From the IMG/VR virus record IMGVR_UViG_2802429591_000001, positions 1 through 50,978 of that record: a stretch of 50,978 nucleotides of DNA, one strand, 5' to 3'. The position numbers were made by a program, and so were the translations under genes. This document shows positions 1-8,697 of the stretch, piece after piece; the first letter of the stretch is position 1, and the number at the start of each line of letters is the position of its first letter. The stretch is from a virus. The notes beneath the pieces were generated by a model, which saw nothing but the letters and a program-made list of their open reading frames with translations, was not told the DNA's origin and searched no databases.

Positions 1-573
1 ATGATGCTAAAAAAACAAATCCAAAAAACACTACAAAAAATAAAAGCCCTACTAATAAAACACAAAATAATAATACCAACCCAAGACACCACACACATAC
101 CATACATAAGACAAAACAACAACACATACACAATACAAAAAAACATAAACGGAAAAACACACTACTATGGAACATACAAAACACTAGGAGAAGCAGTAGA
201 AAAAAGAGACCAACTAAAACAAAACAATTGGAAACAAACAAACAAACCAACACCAACAGAAATGAAATACATATCAAAACATCCACAGGGAGGATATATA
301 ATCCAAAAAAGCATAAATGGACAAATAAAATACTATGGAAAATATAAAACACTAGAAGAAGCACAAAAACAAATACAATACCATATAAAAACAGGATGGA
401 CACAAAAACCACAAAAAAAACAAGACCCGGACAGATACATAACAAAAACCGGGAAAAAATACAGAATACAAAAACAAGTCAATGGAAAAGTAAAATATTA
501 TGGTACATATCAGACAATAAAAGAAGCACGTAAAAAAAGGGATAAACTAGAAAAAACACATTGGAGAAAATAA
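1..573 (+). CDS. DNA-binding protein with three tandem AP2-like domains
   Basis: Three copies of Y-I-x(5-7)-Y-x-I-Q-K-x-[IV]-N-G-K/Q-x-x-Y-Y-G-x-Y-x-T-x-x-E-A. This is the 3-strand plus helix signature of AP2/ERF-type DNA-binding domains. Confidence 0.7.
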   Translation: MMLKKQIQKTLQKIKALLIKHKIIIPTQDTTHIPYIRQNNNTYTIQKNINGKTHYYGTYKTLGEAVEKRDQLKQNNWKQTNKPTPTEMKYISKHPQGGYIIQKSINGQIKYYGKYKTLEEAQKQIQYHIKTGWTQKPQKKQDPDRYITKTGKKYRIQKQVNGKVKYYGTYQTIKEARKKRDKLEKTHWRK

Positions 574-2522
574 TGAAAAAAAGAAGAACTGAAACAGAAC
601 AGATAATAGAAAAAATAAATGACATAATAATACCATTCCAAAACCATAAAAACAAAAAAGAAATACTAAAAGCAATACAAGAAGACCTAATACAACAATA
701 CAAAATACCCGAAAACATACTACAAAAAGCAGGAATCAACATAGAAGAACTACAAAACATAAAAAACCAAAACATAAACAAACTACTAAATCCACAACAA
801 CAAATAGACTATGAAATAAGAAAAACAGTACTAAACACATGGTATGGAAATGATACAAAAATCCAGACAGAAAAAAATGAAAAGAAACATATAAAAACAA
901 TAATTCATTCATCAAATAAAATAAAAATAGACACATACAACCATTACATTGAAACAAGTACACTGAAAACAACTCTAAAAGGAGAAATAATAGAATCTAA
1001 TGAAAATATCATAATAACAGCCACCCCTACCATTATCAATGAAATACAAAACAACATAACAAACAACATAACACACAAAGATAACATACCAACCTATGAA
1101 ATAACATGGAAATATAACAGTGGACGTGAATTAAAAACAACAGGAACAATAAAAGAAATAGCCAACACACTAAACGAAATAGGAGGAGTAGGACAATACA
1201 CTAACAAAAATCATTTACAAAATGTAATAGGATTAATAATAGATGAAGCAATAAAAAATAATGAAATAACAACAATAACAAGTCCACCAGAAAAAGGATT
1301 CTATATAAACCCTGATACTAATGAATTCATCAACGTAGATTACACACCTGAAAAACCAACAAAACATAACATACACATAGCATTAAACACACTAAACCAA
1401 CTAATAGAATACTTTGACAGAACTATAATAGCAGAAATAGTAAGATGGGGACTAAAAAGCCCATACTACTACATGATAAAACAAAATGGAGGAGAAGGAC
1501 AATTTTTATATATAGAAGGAGAACCCAACACTGGTAAAAGTAAAATATTAGGGGCAATACCATTATATATTTGGGATATAGAACCATCCACATACACATA
1601 TGGGGGAGCAACAAGAAGTATGGCACAACTAAGTGAAGTAATGAGTCGTACAACATTTCCACAAATAATAGATGATTTTGCATCAATCAATACAATATCC
1701 ACCAATAGCTTAATCAAAAGTGCAGCTATAGGATTACAAAGTCGTAGTAAATATGATAACAATAACAACTTTAAAGAATACCCAGCACTAAGCCCAATCA
1801 TATTCACAAGTAACAACCAACTAAACAGAGACATAGAAGATGCAGCACACCTACGAAGATTCAGACAATTACATCTACATAAAAAAGATATACCAACACA
1901 AGAAAAACAAGAAAAATTTAATAAAACATTCCATGTGATGAATAAAAAAGAAAACAAACTAAAAAATCTACGATACTTAGGACACGCATTCTACTACTAT
2001 ATGAAAGAAAATCTTACATGTATACAATATGACCCCAAAGATGAAGCAATAATAAAATTCATATATACACTCAGAGAAAAAACACACTACAACTTACCAG
2101 TAGAATGGCTAGAAGAAACAACAGAAAAAGAAACATTACAAGATATGGAAGAAACAATGAAAGAAAATCTACTAAACAAACTAGCAGAAATATTACATAC
2201 AGGTAATAACACTTACATAAGATATGATGATAAAGGATTACATGATGAAGACGCCCATATAACAACATTAGAAGACCAAATAGATGCAAGAATAAGAACA
2301 AGAGAAATACCATGGCTATACCTAACAAAAAATGATGATTACATAATAACACCAGAGATAAGAAAAGATCTTAAAGAACTAAATATGACACTTCCAAAAA
2401 TAGCAGAACTACTAAACTGGAAATATACAGCACACAGAATACGTGGAAAACTAAGAAAAGGAGTACGAATAGAAAAACAAGAATTTATTAAAACAATATT
2501 TAATTCATACATCGATGAATAA
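573..2522 (+). CDS. AAA+/SF3-like replicative helicase
   Basis: Walker A GEPNTGKS, Walker B QIIDD, sensor-like IIFTSN and Arg-finger-like HLRRF, with a basic C-terminus. The ORF track starts at TTG 561, but GGAG at 563-566 favours ATG 573, which overlaps the upstream stop (TAATG). Confidence 0.7.
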   Translation: MKKRRTETEQIIEKINDIIIPFQNHKNKKEILKAIQEDLIQQYKIPENILQKAGINIEELQNIKNQNINKLLNPQQQIDYEIRKTVLNTWYGNDTKIQTEKNEKKHIKTIIHSSNKIKIDTYNHYIETSTLKTTLKGEIIESNENIIITATPTIINEIQNNITNNITHKDNIPTYEITWKYNSGRELKTTGTIKEIANTLNEIGGVGQYTNKNHLQNVIGLIIDEAIKNNEITTITSPPEKGFYINPDTNEFINVDYTPEKPTKHNIHIALNTLNQLIEYFDRTIIAEIVRWGLKSPYYYMIKQNGGEGQFLYIEGEPNTGKSKILGAIPLYIWDIEPSTYTYGGATRSMAQLSEVMSRTTFPQIIDDFASINTISTNSLIKSAAIGLQSRSKYDNNNNFKEYPALSPIIFTSNNQLNRDIEDAAHLRRFRQLHLHKKDIPTQEKQEKFNKTFHVMNKKENKLKNLRYLGHAFYYYMKENLTCIQYDPKDEAIIKFIYTLREKTHYNLPVEWLEETTEKETLQDMEETMKENLLNKLAEILHTGNNTYIRYDDKGLHDEDAHITTLEDQIDARIRTREIPWLYLTKNDDYIITPEIRKDLKELNMTLPKIAELLNWKYTAHRIRGKLRKGVRIEKQEFIKTIFNSYIDE

Positions 2523-2555
2523 AAAAAAGAGATGGGAATAATATAAAAAAAAGTA

Positions 2556-3020
2556 TGTGCAGCCGTCCCCCCACCAACCCCCCTAAAAATACATGGGTGC
2601 AACCCGGGTAGTTCCTCTCGGAACTACAATCCATGTTAAAATGTCATATGTATATATCAAAATGTTACCAATGTAACCTTATCATTATTTGTAAAAGTAA
2701 CAAAAAAAGTAACATTTTTATAATTTATTAAACTGCCTAATACATGGTTATTTCACCTATTTATATTATTATTATTATTTTTAAATTAATATATAATATA
2801 TAATATATAAAATGTTACCTATGTTACCTATGATTTAAATGTATACGTATAATAACAATTTTTTTATTATTGATATATATTATATATAAGGGGTGTTTTG
2901 AAATTAAAGGTAACAAGTAACATTTACTGTATCTCTTACAACACACAGTTATTTTTCGGAATGGAAGGGGTGTCCGGCGTTTTCGTATAAAACGTAACAT
3001 TTGGTAAAAATAGTAACATT
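2556..3020. promoter_or_regulatory. Putative origin of replication
   Basis: Non-coding gap between helicase and primase. Ten GTAAC/GTTAC copies in five pairs (2664, 2673, 2697, 2709, 2814, 2823, 2910, 2917, 2994, 3013), an AT-only tract at about 2760-2810, a C-rich block and a GC hairpin on the left, and a strand-composition switch across it. Confidence 0.65.
2591..2636. repeat. GC-rich nested inverted repeat / stem-loop
   Basis: Perfect 8-bp stem GTAGTTCC(2608-15)-tctc-GGAACTAC(2620-27), inside an outer stem ACATGGGT(2591-98)/ATCCATGT(2629-36) with one G-T pair. Confidence 0.75.
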
Positions 3021-3092
3021 TTTTTTGTATTATTCCATTATTTTTTTGGATATATGAATTATTTATTTAGAATATGGAGATGTGAATAGTTT

Positions 3093-4130
3093 ATGATTAA
3101 TGATTGTTTATTACCTAAGATTGTTTATGATTCTAAATTATTTTCTAATAATCAGCGTTATGTTGTAGTAGTACCTGGTGGATTGAAGGATATTAGTACT
3201 TCACCTTTCTTTTATAAGGGGGGTAGGATTGGGCGTTTCGGGAAAAATAAAACGTCTCATCTTTTAATTGATAGGTATATGGATTATGTTAATATTCTTG
3301 GTCGTGTTGATAATTATAATAGGAATAATCCTAATCATTTATGTAATGTTTTTATGAATTGTTATCCTGATCCTTTGCATGTTTATATGATTATTCTTGA
3401 TTTTGATGGTGATGGTGATTTATCTTCTGTTTATCGTGAGGTTAGTCATTGTTATGATATTGTTATGGATAAGGGTTTTAATGCTGTTATTGTTATGAGT
3501 GGGAGTAAGGGTTTTCATTTGTATATTCAGATTCCTTGTACTAATTTTTCTGGTCATTTGGATGATAAGGCTTTTTTTATTGAGTATTGGAAACAGTTAA
3601 TTAATTATAATAGTAATGGTTATAAGTTTCTTGATGAAAATCATTTCCGTAATGGTCTTGGTGGTAATATTCGGTTGATTGGTAGTGAACATCCTAAGGC
3701 AAATGGTGGACGTACCCGGATTTTTAAGGGTTGTTTTTGTGATGTTGATTGTTTTGATAGTGATGCACTAGAATATCATGATTACTTATTGGAACAGTGT
3801 GAAATTGCTAGTAATAGGGCTTATGATATGAAACAACGAAAAATAAAACAAGCAGCAGCTAAGAACCTTAAACTTAGTAGTAAACATGGATTTAATCCGG
3901 AAGAAATAAATTTACGTGTACTGTTTAAATCACTTTATCCTGGTAATTGGTATCGTGATTTTGAGCGTTATAGTATGTTTCGGTGTCCTTTTCATGGTGA
4001 AGAACACGCGTCTCTTATGGTTTTTCATGATTTTTTCATTTGTAAGTCTTGTGGTGAACAGGGATATCTTAATAAGTTGGTTTCTATGAATGTTTTATCT
4101 TGGAAAGAGTTAGAGGATATGTATTCTTAA
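3093..4130 (+). CDS. Archaeo-eukaryotic primase (AEP/PrimPol) with C-terminal CHC2-type zinc finger
   Basis: Motif I IILDFD, motif II SGSKGFHLY, motif III-like NIRLIGSEHPK. C-terminal RCPFHGEEHASL...CKSCG. Confidence 0.85.
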   Translation: MINDCLLPKIVYDSKLFSNNQRYVVVVPGGLKDISTSPFFYKGGRIGRFGKNKTSHLLIDRYMDYVNILGRVDNYNRNNPNHLCNVFMNCYPDPLHVYMIILDFDGDGDLSSVYREVSHCYDIVMDKGFNAVIVMSGSKGFHLYIQIPCTNFSGHLDDKAFFIEYWKQLINYNSNGYKFLDENHFRNGLGGNIRLIGSEHPKANGGRTRIFKGCFCDVDCFDSDALEYHDYLLEQCEIASNRAYDMKQRKIKQAAAKNLKLSSKHGFNPEEINLRVLFKSLYPGNWYRDFERYSMFRCPFHGEEHASLMVFHDFFICKSCGEQGYLNKLVSMNVLSWKELEDMYS

Positions 4131-4148
4131 TTTTTTTTATTTTTTTTT
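4131..4148 (+). terminator. Oligo-T archaeal-type terminator after primase
   Basis: T8-A-T9 run immediately after the stop codon. Confidence 0.6.
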
Positions 4149-4343
4149 CAATTTTACTTTAATTTATTATTTTTATCTACATTTGTAGGTAAAAAAGTAT
4201 ATATACTATTAAATACATAATATTTATTACAGAGAAAAAGGGGGTGAAAATCATAAGTATAATAATATTTATTATACTACCAATAATTTATATTGCAAAA
4301 AATACGCATATCAATATAAATTACTGGGTATTAAAATTTAAAA

Positions 4344-4369
4344 AAGAATAAGGGGTTTCCCTTATTCTT
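4344..4369. repeat. Perfect 11-bp inverted repeat (terminator or operator)
   Basis: AAGAATAAGGG-gttt-CCCTTATTCTT. Confidence 0.75.
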
Positions 4370-4470
4370 ACTATTATTATACTTATAACATATGTTTCTA
4401 ATAATATATATAAATTCTTTGAATATTCTCAAACAAAAATTGATTAATCAATTATAGGAGGAAACATATA

Positions 4471-4599
4471 ATGAAAAAAGATATAACATTGCATGGTAGG
4501 AATGGTGAAGTAGGTTTAAGTATTGAAATAATCAATCCTATTATTGCACTAAAAAAAGATCTAAAGACATTAAGACAACTTATTAGAATATTTATTTAA
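4471..4599 (+). CDS. Small 42-aa protein (not in ORF track)
   Basis: Strong RBS AGGAGGA at 4456-4462, then ATG. Translates to MKKDITLHGRNGEVGLSIEIINPIIALKKDLKTLRQLIRIFI*, followed by a T-tract. Confidence 0.55.
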   Translation: MKKDITLHGRNGEVGLSIEIINPIIALKKDLKTLRQLIRIFI

Positions 4600-4665
4600 A
4601 ATAATTAAATATTCCTTTTTTATCTTTTTTTTAAAAATAAACTTAACAGGAGGAGTACATTAATT

Positions 4666-5067
4666 ATGGACATGGTGTTAGGTTCTGGTGAAAATGGTTT
4701 ATTTGTCCAGTACATTGGAAAGATTAATAAAAAAAATGTAAAACAAAAAATAAAAGGTAAATTGTATTCATCTAATCATTATCGTATTTCTATACCCGTT
4801 CCATTAATCAAATTTTTAGGTACTGATAAAATATTTATGAAACAGTATTCTAAAAACAAATATAAATTATTAATTCATGATGAAACAGACACAATTCCTT
4901 TATATTTTAGGACATTGAATCCTAAATCAAAATCACCACGATATGTGTTGACCTTACCTAAGAAATTCTTTGGATTTCTTGATTATGAATATCAAGATGA
5001 TATGGTTATGAATATTTTTTGTTATGTTAAAGATAGTCAAACTCATGTAGATTTATACATATTATAA
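4666..5067 (+). CDS. Putative AbrB/SpoVT-like (double swapped-hairpin) transcription regulator
   Basis: Two AbrB-like motifs, YRISIPVPLIKFLG and YVLTLPKKFFGFLD. RBS AGGAGGAG. Confidence 0.5.
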   Translation: MDMVLGSGENGLFVQYIGKINKKNVKQKIKGKLYSSNHYRISIPVPLIKFLGTDKIFMKQYSKNKYKLLIHDETDTIPLYFRTLNPKSKSPRYVLTLPKKFFGFLDYEYQDDMVMNIFCYVKDSQTHVDLYIL

Positions 5068-5166
5068 AATAAATATACGCGACCATAAAAAAAGTAGATT
5101 AATAGGCATGTAGATAAATAATACTAAAAAAAATGAAAGATTACATTTTTTTGGAGCTATGATAGG

Positions 5167-5742
5167 ATGATTAATAAAAAAAAGATATCAATATTTTTAA
5201 TAATTTTAATAATACTTCTCATGTTTACAAGCTGTATAAATGCAATGATAGATTATGGAGAAGCTGAGGTAAAACCTGTAAATGTAACAGTTACATATAA
5301 AGATCATAATACAACAAAATATGAAGGAGATAGAGGCTTAGAAATAATTAGTTTTACAGATGAATTAACAGGAATGGAATATACAGCCAACTTTGCTAAT
5401 ATGGGTGTAATACGAACATTAGCATACATGACAAAAAGACAATTTAAATTCAATGATACAATATGTATAAGATATCAATTTGATAAGGATTTCCCAGAAA
5501 GTCGGTCGGTTGTAGAAATTAAAGGTAAAGATGGAAAATACATGGCTTTACTAGATGAATCCCGTTCTGATTTATCTGATGAAGAAAAATCATACTTCGA
5601 CAACTATGATGATCTCAGAGAAGAATATCTTGCAAAACAAAGTAAGAGTAGTAGTGAATCCCATGTTTATCATGAATCTAGTAAAAAGAAATCTGGATTT
5701 TATTATGGTAGTCATGGATTGGGATATTATAGATCATTTTAA
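5167..5742 (+). CDS. Membrane-anchored hypothetical protein
   Basis: N-terminal KKK followed by a hydrophobic helix (ISIFLIILIILLMF), a soluble domain and a Ser-rich tail. Confidence 0.7.
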   Translation: MINKKKISIFLIILIILLMFTSCINAMIDYGEAEVKPVNVTVTYKDHNTTKYEGDRGLEIISFTDELTGMEYTANFANMGVIRTLAYMTKRQFKFNDTICIRYQFDKDFPESRSVVEIKGKDGKYMALLDESRSDLSDEEKSYFDNYDDLREEYLAKQSKSSSESHVYHESSKKKSGFYYGSHGLGYYRSF

Positions 5743-5922
5743 GAGGATTATTTTTATTCCCTCTTTTTATTCTTCTTTTTTTTTATTTTAATATTTATTT
5801 TTATTTTTATTATTTTAGTTTATTGTTTCTTTATTTATTTTTATAGTACTTTATTAATTGATTATTTTTAGTATTTGATATTGATATGATATTCTATTTT
5901 ATGTTATTTATTCCTTGTTAAC

Positions 5923-5943
5923 TTGCTTACAACTTCTTACATA
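5923..5943 (+). promoter_or_regulatory. Conserved upstream motif, copy 1
   Basis: TTGCTTACAaCTTcTTACATA, 19/21 identical to 22575-22595. Ends 44 nt upstream of the nrdD ATG. Confidence 0.55.
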
Positions 5944-5986
5944 TACAATATTATTATAATAAACTACACTGGAGTAACCATAAAAC

Positions 5987-7777
5987 ATGAATGACGATCT
6001 AAACATATCAAGAAGTAAAATAATAGGGCATATATACGAAGAAAACAGAGAAAATGCTAATATCATACGAAGCCCTGAACAAATACTATGGCATATAGGT
6101 AATGACATAATGGAAGAAGTAGCACTAAGCAAACTACCAAGCAACTTAAGACGATTACATACAAGTGGTAAAGTTCACTTCCACGACCTATCAAGCTTGC
6201 CGTATAGATCGATGAATTGTTGTCAGTCAGATGCTCGTTTTATAGCAATGATGGGATTACGTGCGGCTGGAACAACAGGGCGTGGTGTATATGCTAAGCC
6301 TGCAACAAGACTTAAAAGTTTTGTCCACCAGTTGAGCGAAGCTATGCACGCTGCACAAAGTAACCTAAGTGGTGGACAAGGAATGCCACACTTAAATGTA
6401 TTTATTGCTCCTTTCGTTGCAGATATGGGTTATGAAGAAATAAGAAAAGGTATTCAAAGTTTTATATATAATTTGTCTGTACTTTATAGTAGTAGGGGGA
6501 GTCAAACAACATTTAGTAGTGTACAACTGGATGTTGGTATGCCTGATTTTTTAATGGATGAACCAGCATATGCTAATGGTGGAAATGTTGTAGGAACTTA
6601 TGGTGATTTCGTAGAGGAGTCACAGAAAGTATTACGTGCATTTACTGAAGAAATGCTTAAAGGTGATGGTAATGGTCATCCTTTCCTTTTCCCTAATAGT
6701 ATTTATACTCTTCGTAAGGAAAGTTTTAATGATGAATTTGAAGAAGAATTAGAATTAGCACATAGAGTTAGTGCTAAACATGGTAATAATTATTTTCTTA
6801 ATTTAACTAATAAAAGTACTCCTGAAGATGTTAGTGTTATGGGTTGTCGTACACAGTTGGGCAGTGACTGGACGGGTAATCCACTAACGGATTGTCTTCG
6901 TTGTGGTAATCTTTCTTATGTATCATTGAACTTACCTCGTATTGGTCTTGATTGTCGTGGTAGTGAAGAAAGTTTCTTTGAAATACTTGGTGAACGTATG
7001 GACATGATACGTGAATTCCTTGCTCTTCGTCGGGGACAAGCTAAGAAATTATGGGGTTTAGATACTTTTCCATTTCTTAATCAACGTGATAAAAATGGGG
7101 ATCTTTATTATAATATGGATAATTGTACAGATTCATTTGGTATTGTAGGAATGAATGATTTATGTCACAATATGCTTAATAAAGGTATTGAAACATTAGA
7201 AGGTCAAGATTTCGCACTACGTGTACTTGATTTTATGAATGAACGAAAAAATGAGTATAGTGATATGAATCCAGATATTCGTTATAGTATTATTGGTAGT
7301 CCTGCAGAAAGTGCTTGTGGACGTTTTGCTATAATGGATAAAAAATTATATGGTGATAAAGCATATTGTAATGGATCTGAGGGAGAATATTATTATAGTA
7401 ATAGTTGTCATTTTCCTGTAGATACTGAATATGGTCTTATTGAAAAGATTAAATGGGAATCTAAAACTCATCCTCTTATGACTGGTGGTGCTATTCTTAA
7501 TGCCTGGATAGGTGAAAGTTATACTACTTGGGATAGTCTTCGATCTTTTACTGATAAAATTTGTAATACTGATGCTCGTTACTATACTTTTAGTAGTGCT
7601 ATGACTATTTGTGATCGTTGTGATATGGTTATGAAAGGTATTCAAGATACTTGTGTCAGATGTGGATGTACTGATTCTCTTCGTACTCTTGATAAGATTA
7701 CTGGTTATCTTCAAAATACTAGTGGATGGAATAATAGTAAACAACGTGAATTTATTGATCGTAAACGTAAATGGTAA
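5987..7777 (+). CDS. nrdD: Anaerobic (class III) ribonucleoside-triphosphate reductase, no ATP cone
   Basis: HFHDL, NCC, LSGGQG, MGCRT finger-loop Cys, GNLSYVSLNLPR, SPAES, Zn site CDRC...CVRC, and the glycyl-radical loop KITGYL. Confidence 0.95.
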   Translation: MNDDLNISRSKIIGHIYEENRENANIIRSPEQILWHIGNDIMEEVALSKLPSNLRRLHTSGKVHFHDLSSLPYRSMNCCQSDARFIAMMGLRAAGTTGRGVYAKPATRLKSFVHQLSEAMHAAQSNLSGGQGMPHLNVFIAPFVADMGYEEIRKGIQSFIYNLSVLYSSRGSQTTFSSVQLDVGMPDFLMDEPAYANGGNVVGTYGDFVEESQKVLRAFTEEMLKGDGNGHPFLFPNSIYTLRKESFNDEFEEELELAHRVSAKHGNNYFLNLTNKSTPEDVSVMGCRTQLGSDWTGNPLTDCLRCGNLSYVSLNLPRIGLDCRGSEESFFEILGERMDMIREFLALRRGQAKKLWGLDTFPFLNQRDKNGDLYYNMDNCTDSFGIVGMNDLCHNMLNKGIETLEGQDFALRVLDFMNERKNEYSDMNPDIRYSIIGSPAESACGRFAIMDKKLYGDKAYCNGSEGEYYYSNSCHFPVDTEYGLIEKIKWESKTHPLMTGGAILNAWIGESYTTWDSLRSFTDKICNTDARYYTFSSAMTICDRCDMVMKGIQDTCVRCGCTDSLRTLDKITGYLQNTSGWNNSKQREFIDRKRKW

Positions 7778-7790
7778 AGGGTGAATTGTA

Positions 7791-8231
7791 ATGTCTGAAT
7801 TTAAAATATTAGATACTGAATTAACTTATACTTATAGTACTAGTGATGATAATACTATGAGTTATGTTATTAGTCCTATTGATAAAAAGGTTTATCATCG
7901 TACTGAGTTTTTTGATGGTGATGTTGAATGTGAAGTTGTATTTTTTGGTTGTCCTGTACAATTTAAATATTATTATCTTGATGGTAATCTTATGATTAAA
8001 TCTACATGGGTAAGTAATTTATATGAAAATGGTATATTTTATGATGATACTATTCCGAATATGGAAGATTGGCTTATCCGTGATGGTCTTGTAGGTTCTT
8101 TTAATAAAACTAATGTAACTGGTATTATTAATATATTATTTAATTGTTTTGTTGAAATGGGATTATGTCCTCCCATTAATATAACTAAAGCTATTGAAAA
8201 AAGTATTGAAAATGATGGTGATTTATTATGA
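7791..8231 (+). CDS. Hypothetical protein, paralog A
   Basis: Coupled to its neighbours. Shares TYTYxTS, CPVxF, WxSxLY and FVExxLCxP with the next ORF. Confidence 0.75.
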   Translation: MSEFKILDTELTYTYSTSDDNTMSYVISPIDKKVYHRTEFFDGDVECEVVFFGCPVQFKYYYLDGNLMIKSTWVSNLYENGIFYDDTIPNMEDWLIRDGLVGSFNKTNVTGIINILFNCFVEMGLCPPINITKAIEKSIENDGDLL

Positions 8232-8680
8232 CTATAAAAAATGATGGATATCTAAAAGAAACAATTACATATACATATGAAACGAGTCGTGATGGTTATA
8301 GAACACAATTAGAATGTAATCCAGAAACTAAGGAAGTATGTAACCTGGGGGGATATGTAATGAATGCACATAAAAGAGGACTTCGTAAACGTTTAATTAA
8401 TGCTTGTCCTGTTTTTTTTGAAATTCATAGTATGAAAGATAATATTTTATATTTTAATTGTATTTGGATTAGTAAATTGTATACTAAACCTATTCGTATG
8501 AGACGTGTTTCTGTAGATGATATAGGAGATAATCTTATGAATATGGGTTTATTTTTGGATACGTCTACTATTATTTATGATTTTGATGCTGTTATTAATA
8601 TGATTATATCTTCTTTTGTTGAAAATAATCTTTGTAAACCTTTTGATAATATTGATAGTGATGAAATAGTATTCTACTAA
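8228..8680 (+). CDS. Hypothetical protein, paralog B
   Basis: ATGA overlap with the previous gene and the same motif set as 7791..8231. Confidence 0.75.
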   Translation: MTIKNDGYLKETITYTYETSRDGYRTQLECNPETKEVCNLGGYVMNAHKRGLRKRLINACPVFFEIHSMKDNILYFNCIWISKLYTKPIRMRRVSVDDIGDNLMNMGLFLDTSTIIYDFDAVINMIISSFVENNLCKPFDNIDSDEIVFY

Positions 8681-8697
8681 AAATATAGGAGTATTTT

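Noticed and set aside
1-573. AP2 repeats as part of an integrase or HNH homing endonuclease
   Set aside because: No tyrosine-recombinase, serine-recombinase or HNH catalytic motif here or elsewhere in the window. Lifestyle cannot be decided because the window appears trimmed.
2591-2636. GC hairpin as a tRNA or tRNA fragment
   Set aside because: Only 46 nt, with no cloverleaf, T-loop or D-loop consensus.
2664-3017. Repeats as a CRISPR mini-array
   Set aside because: Units are only 5-10 bp, in mixed orientation and irregularly spaced. There is no repeat-spacer periodicity.
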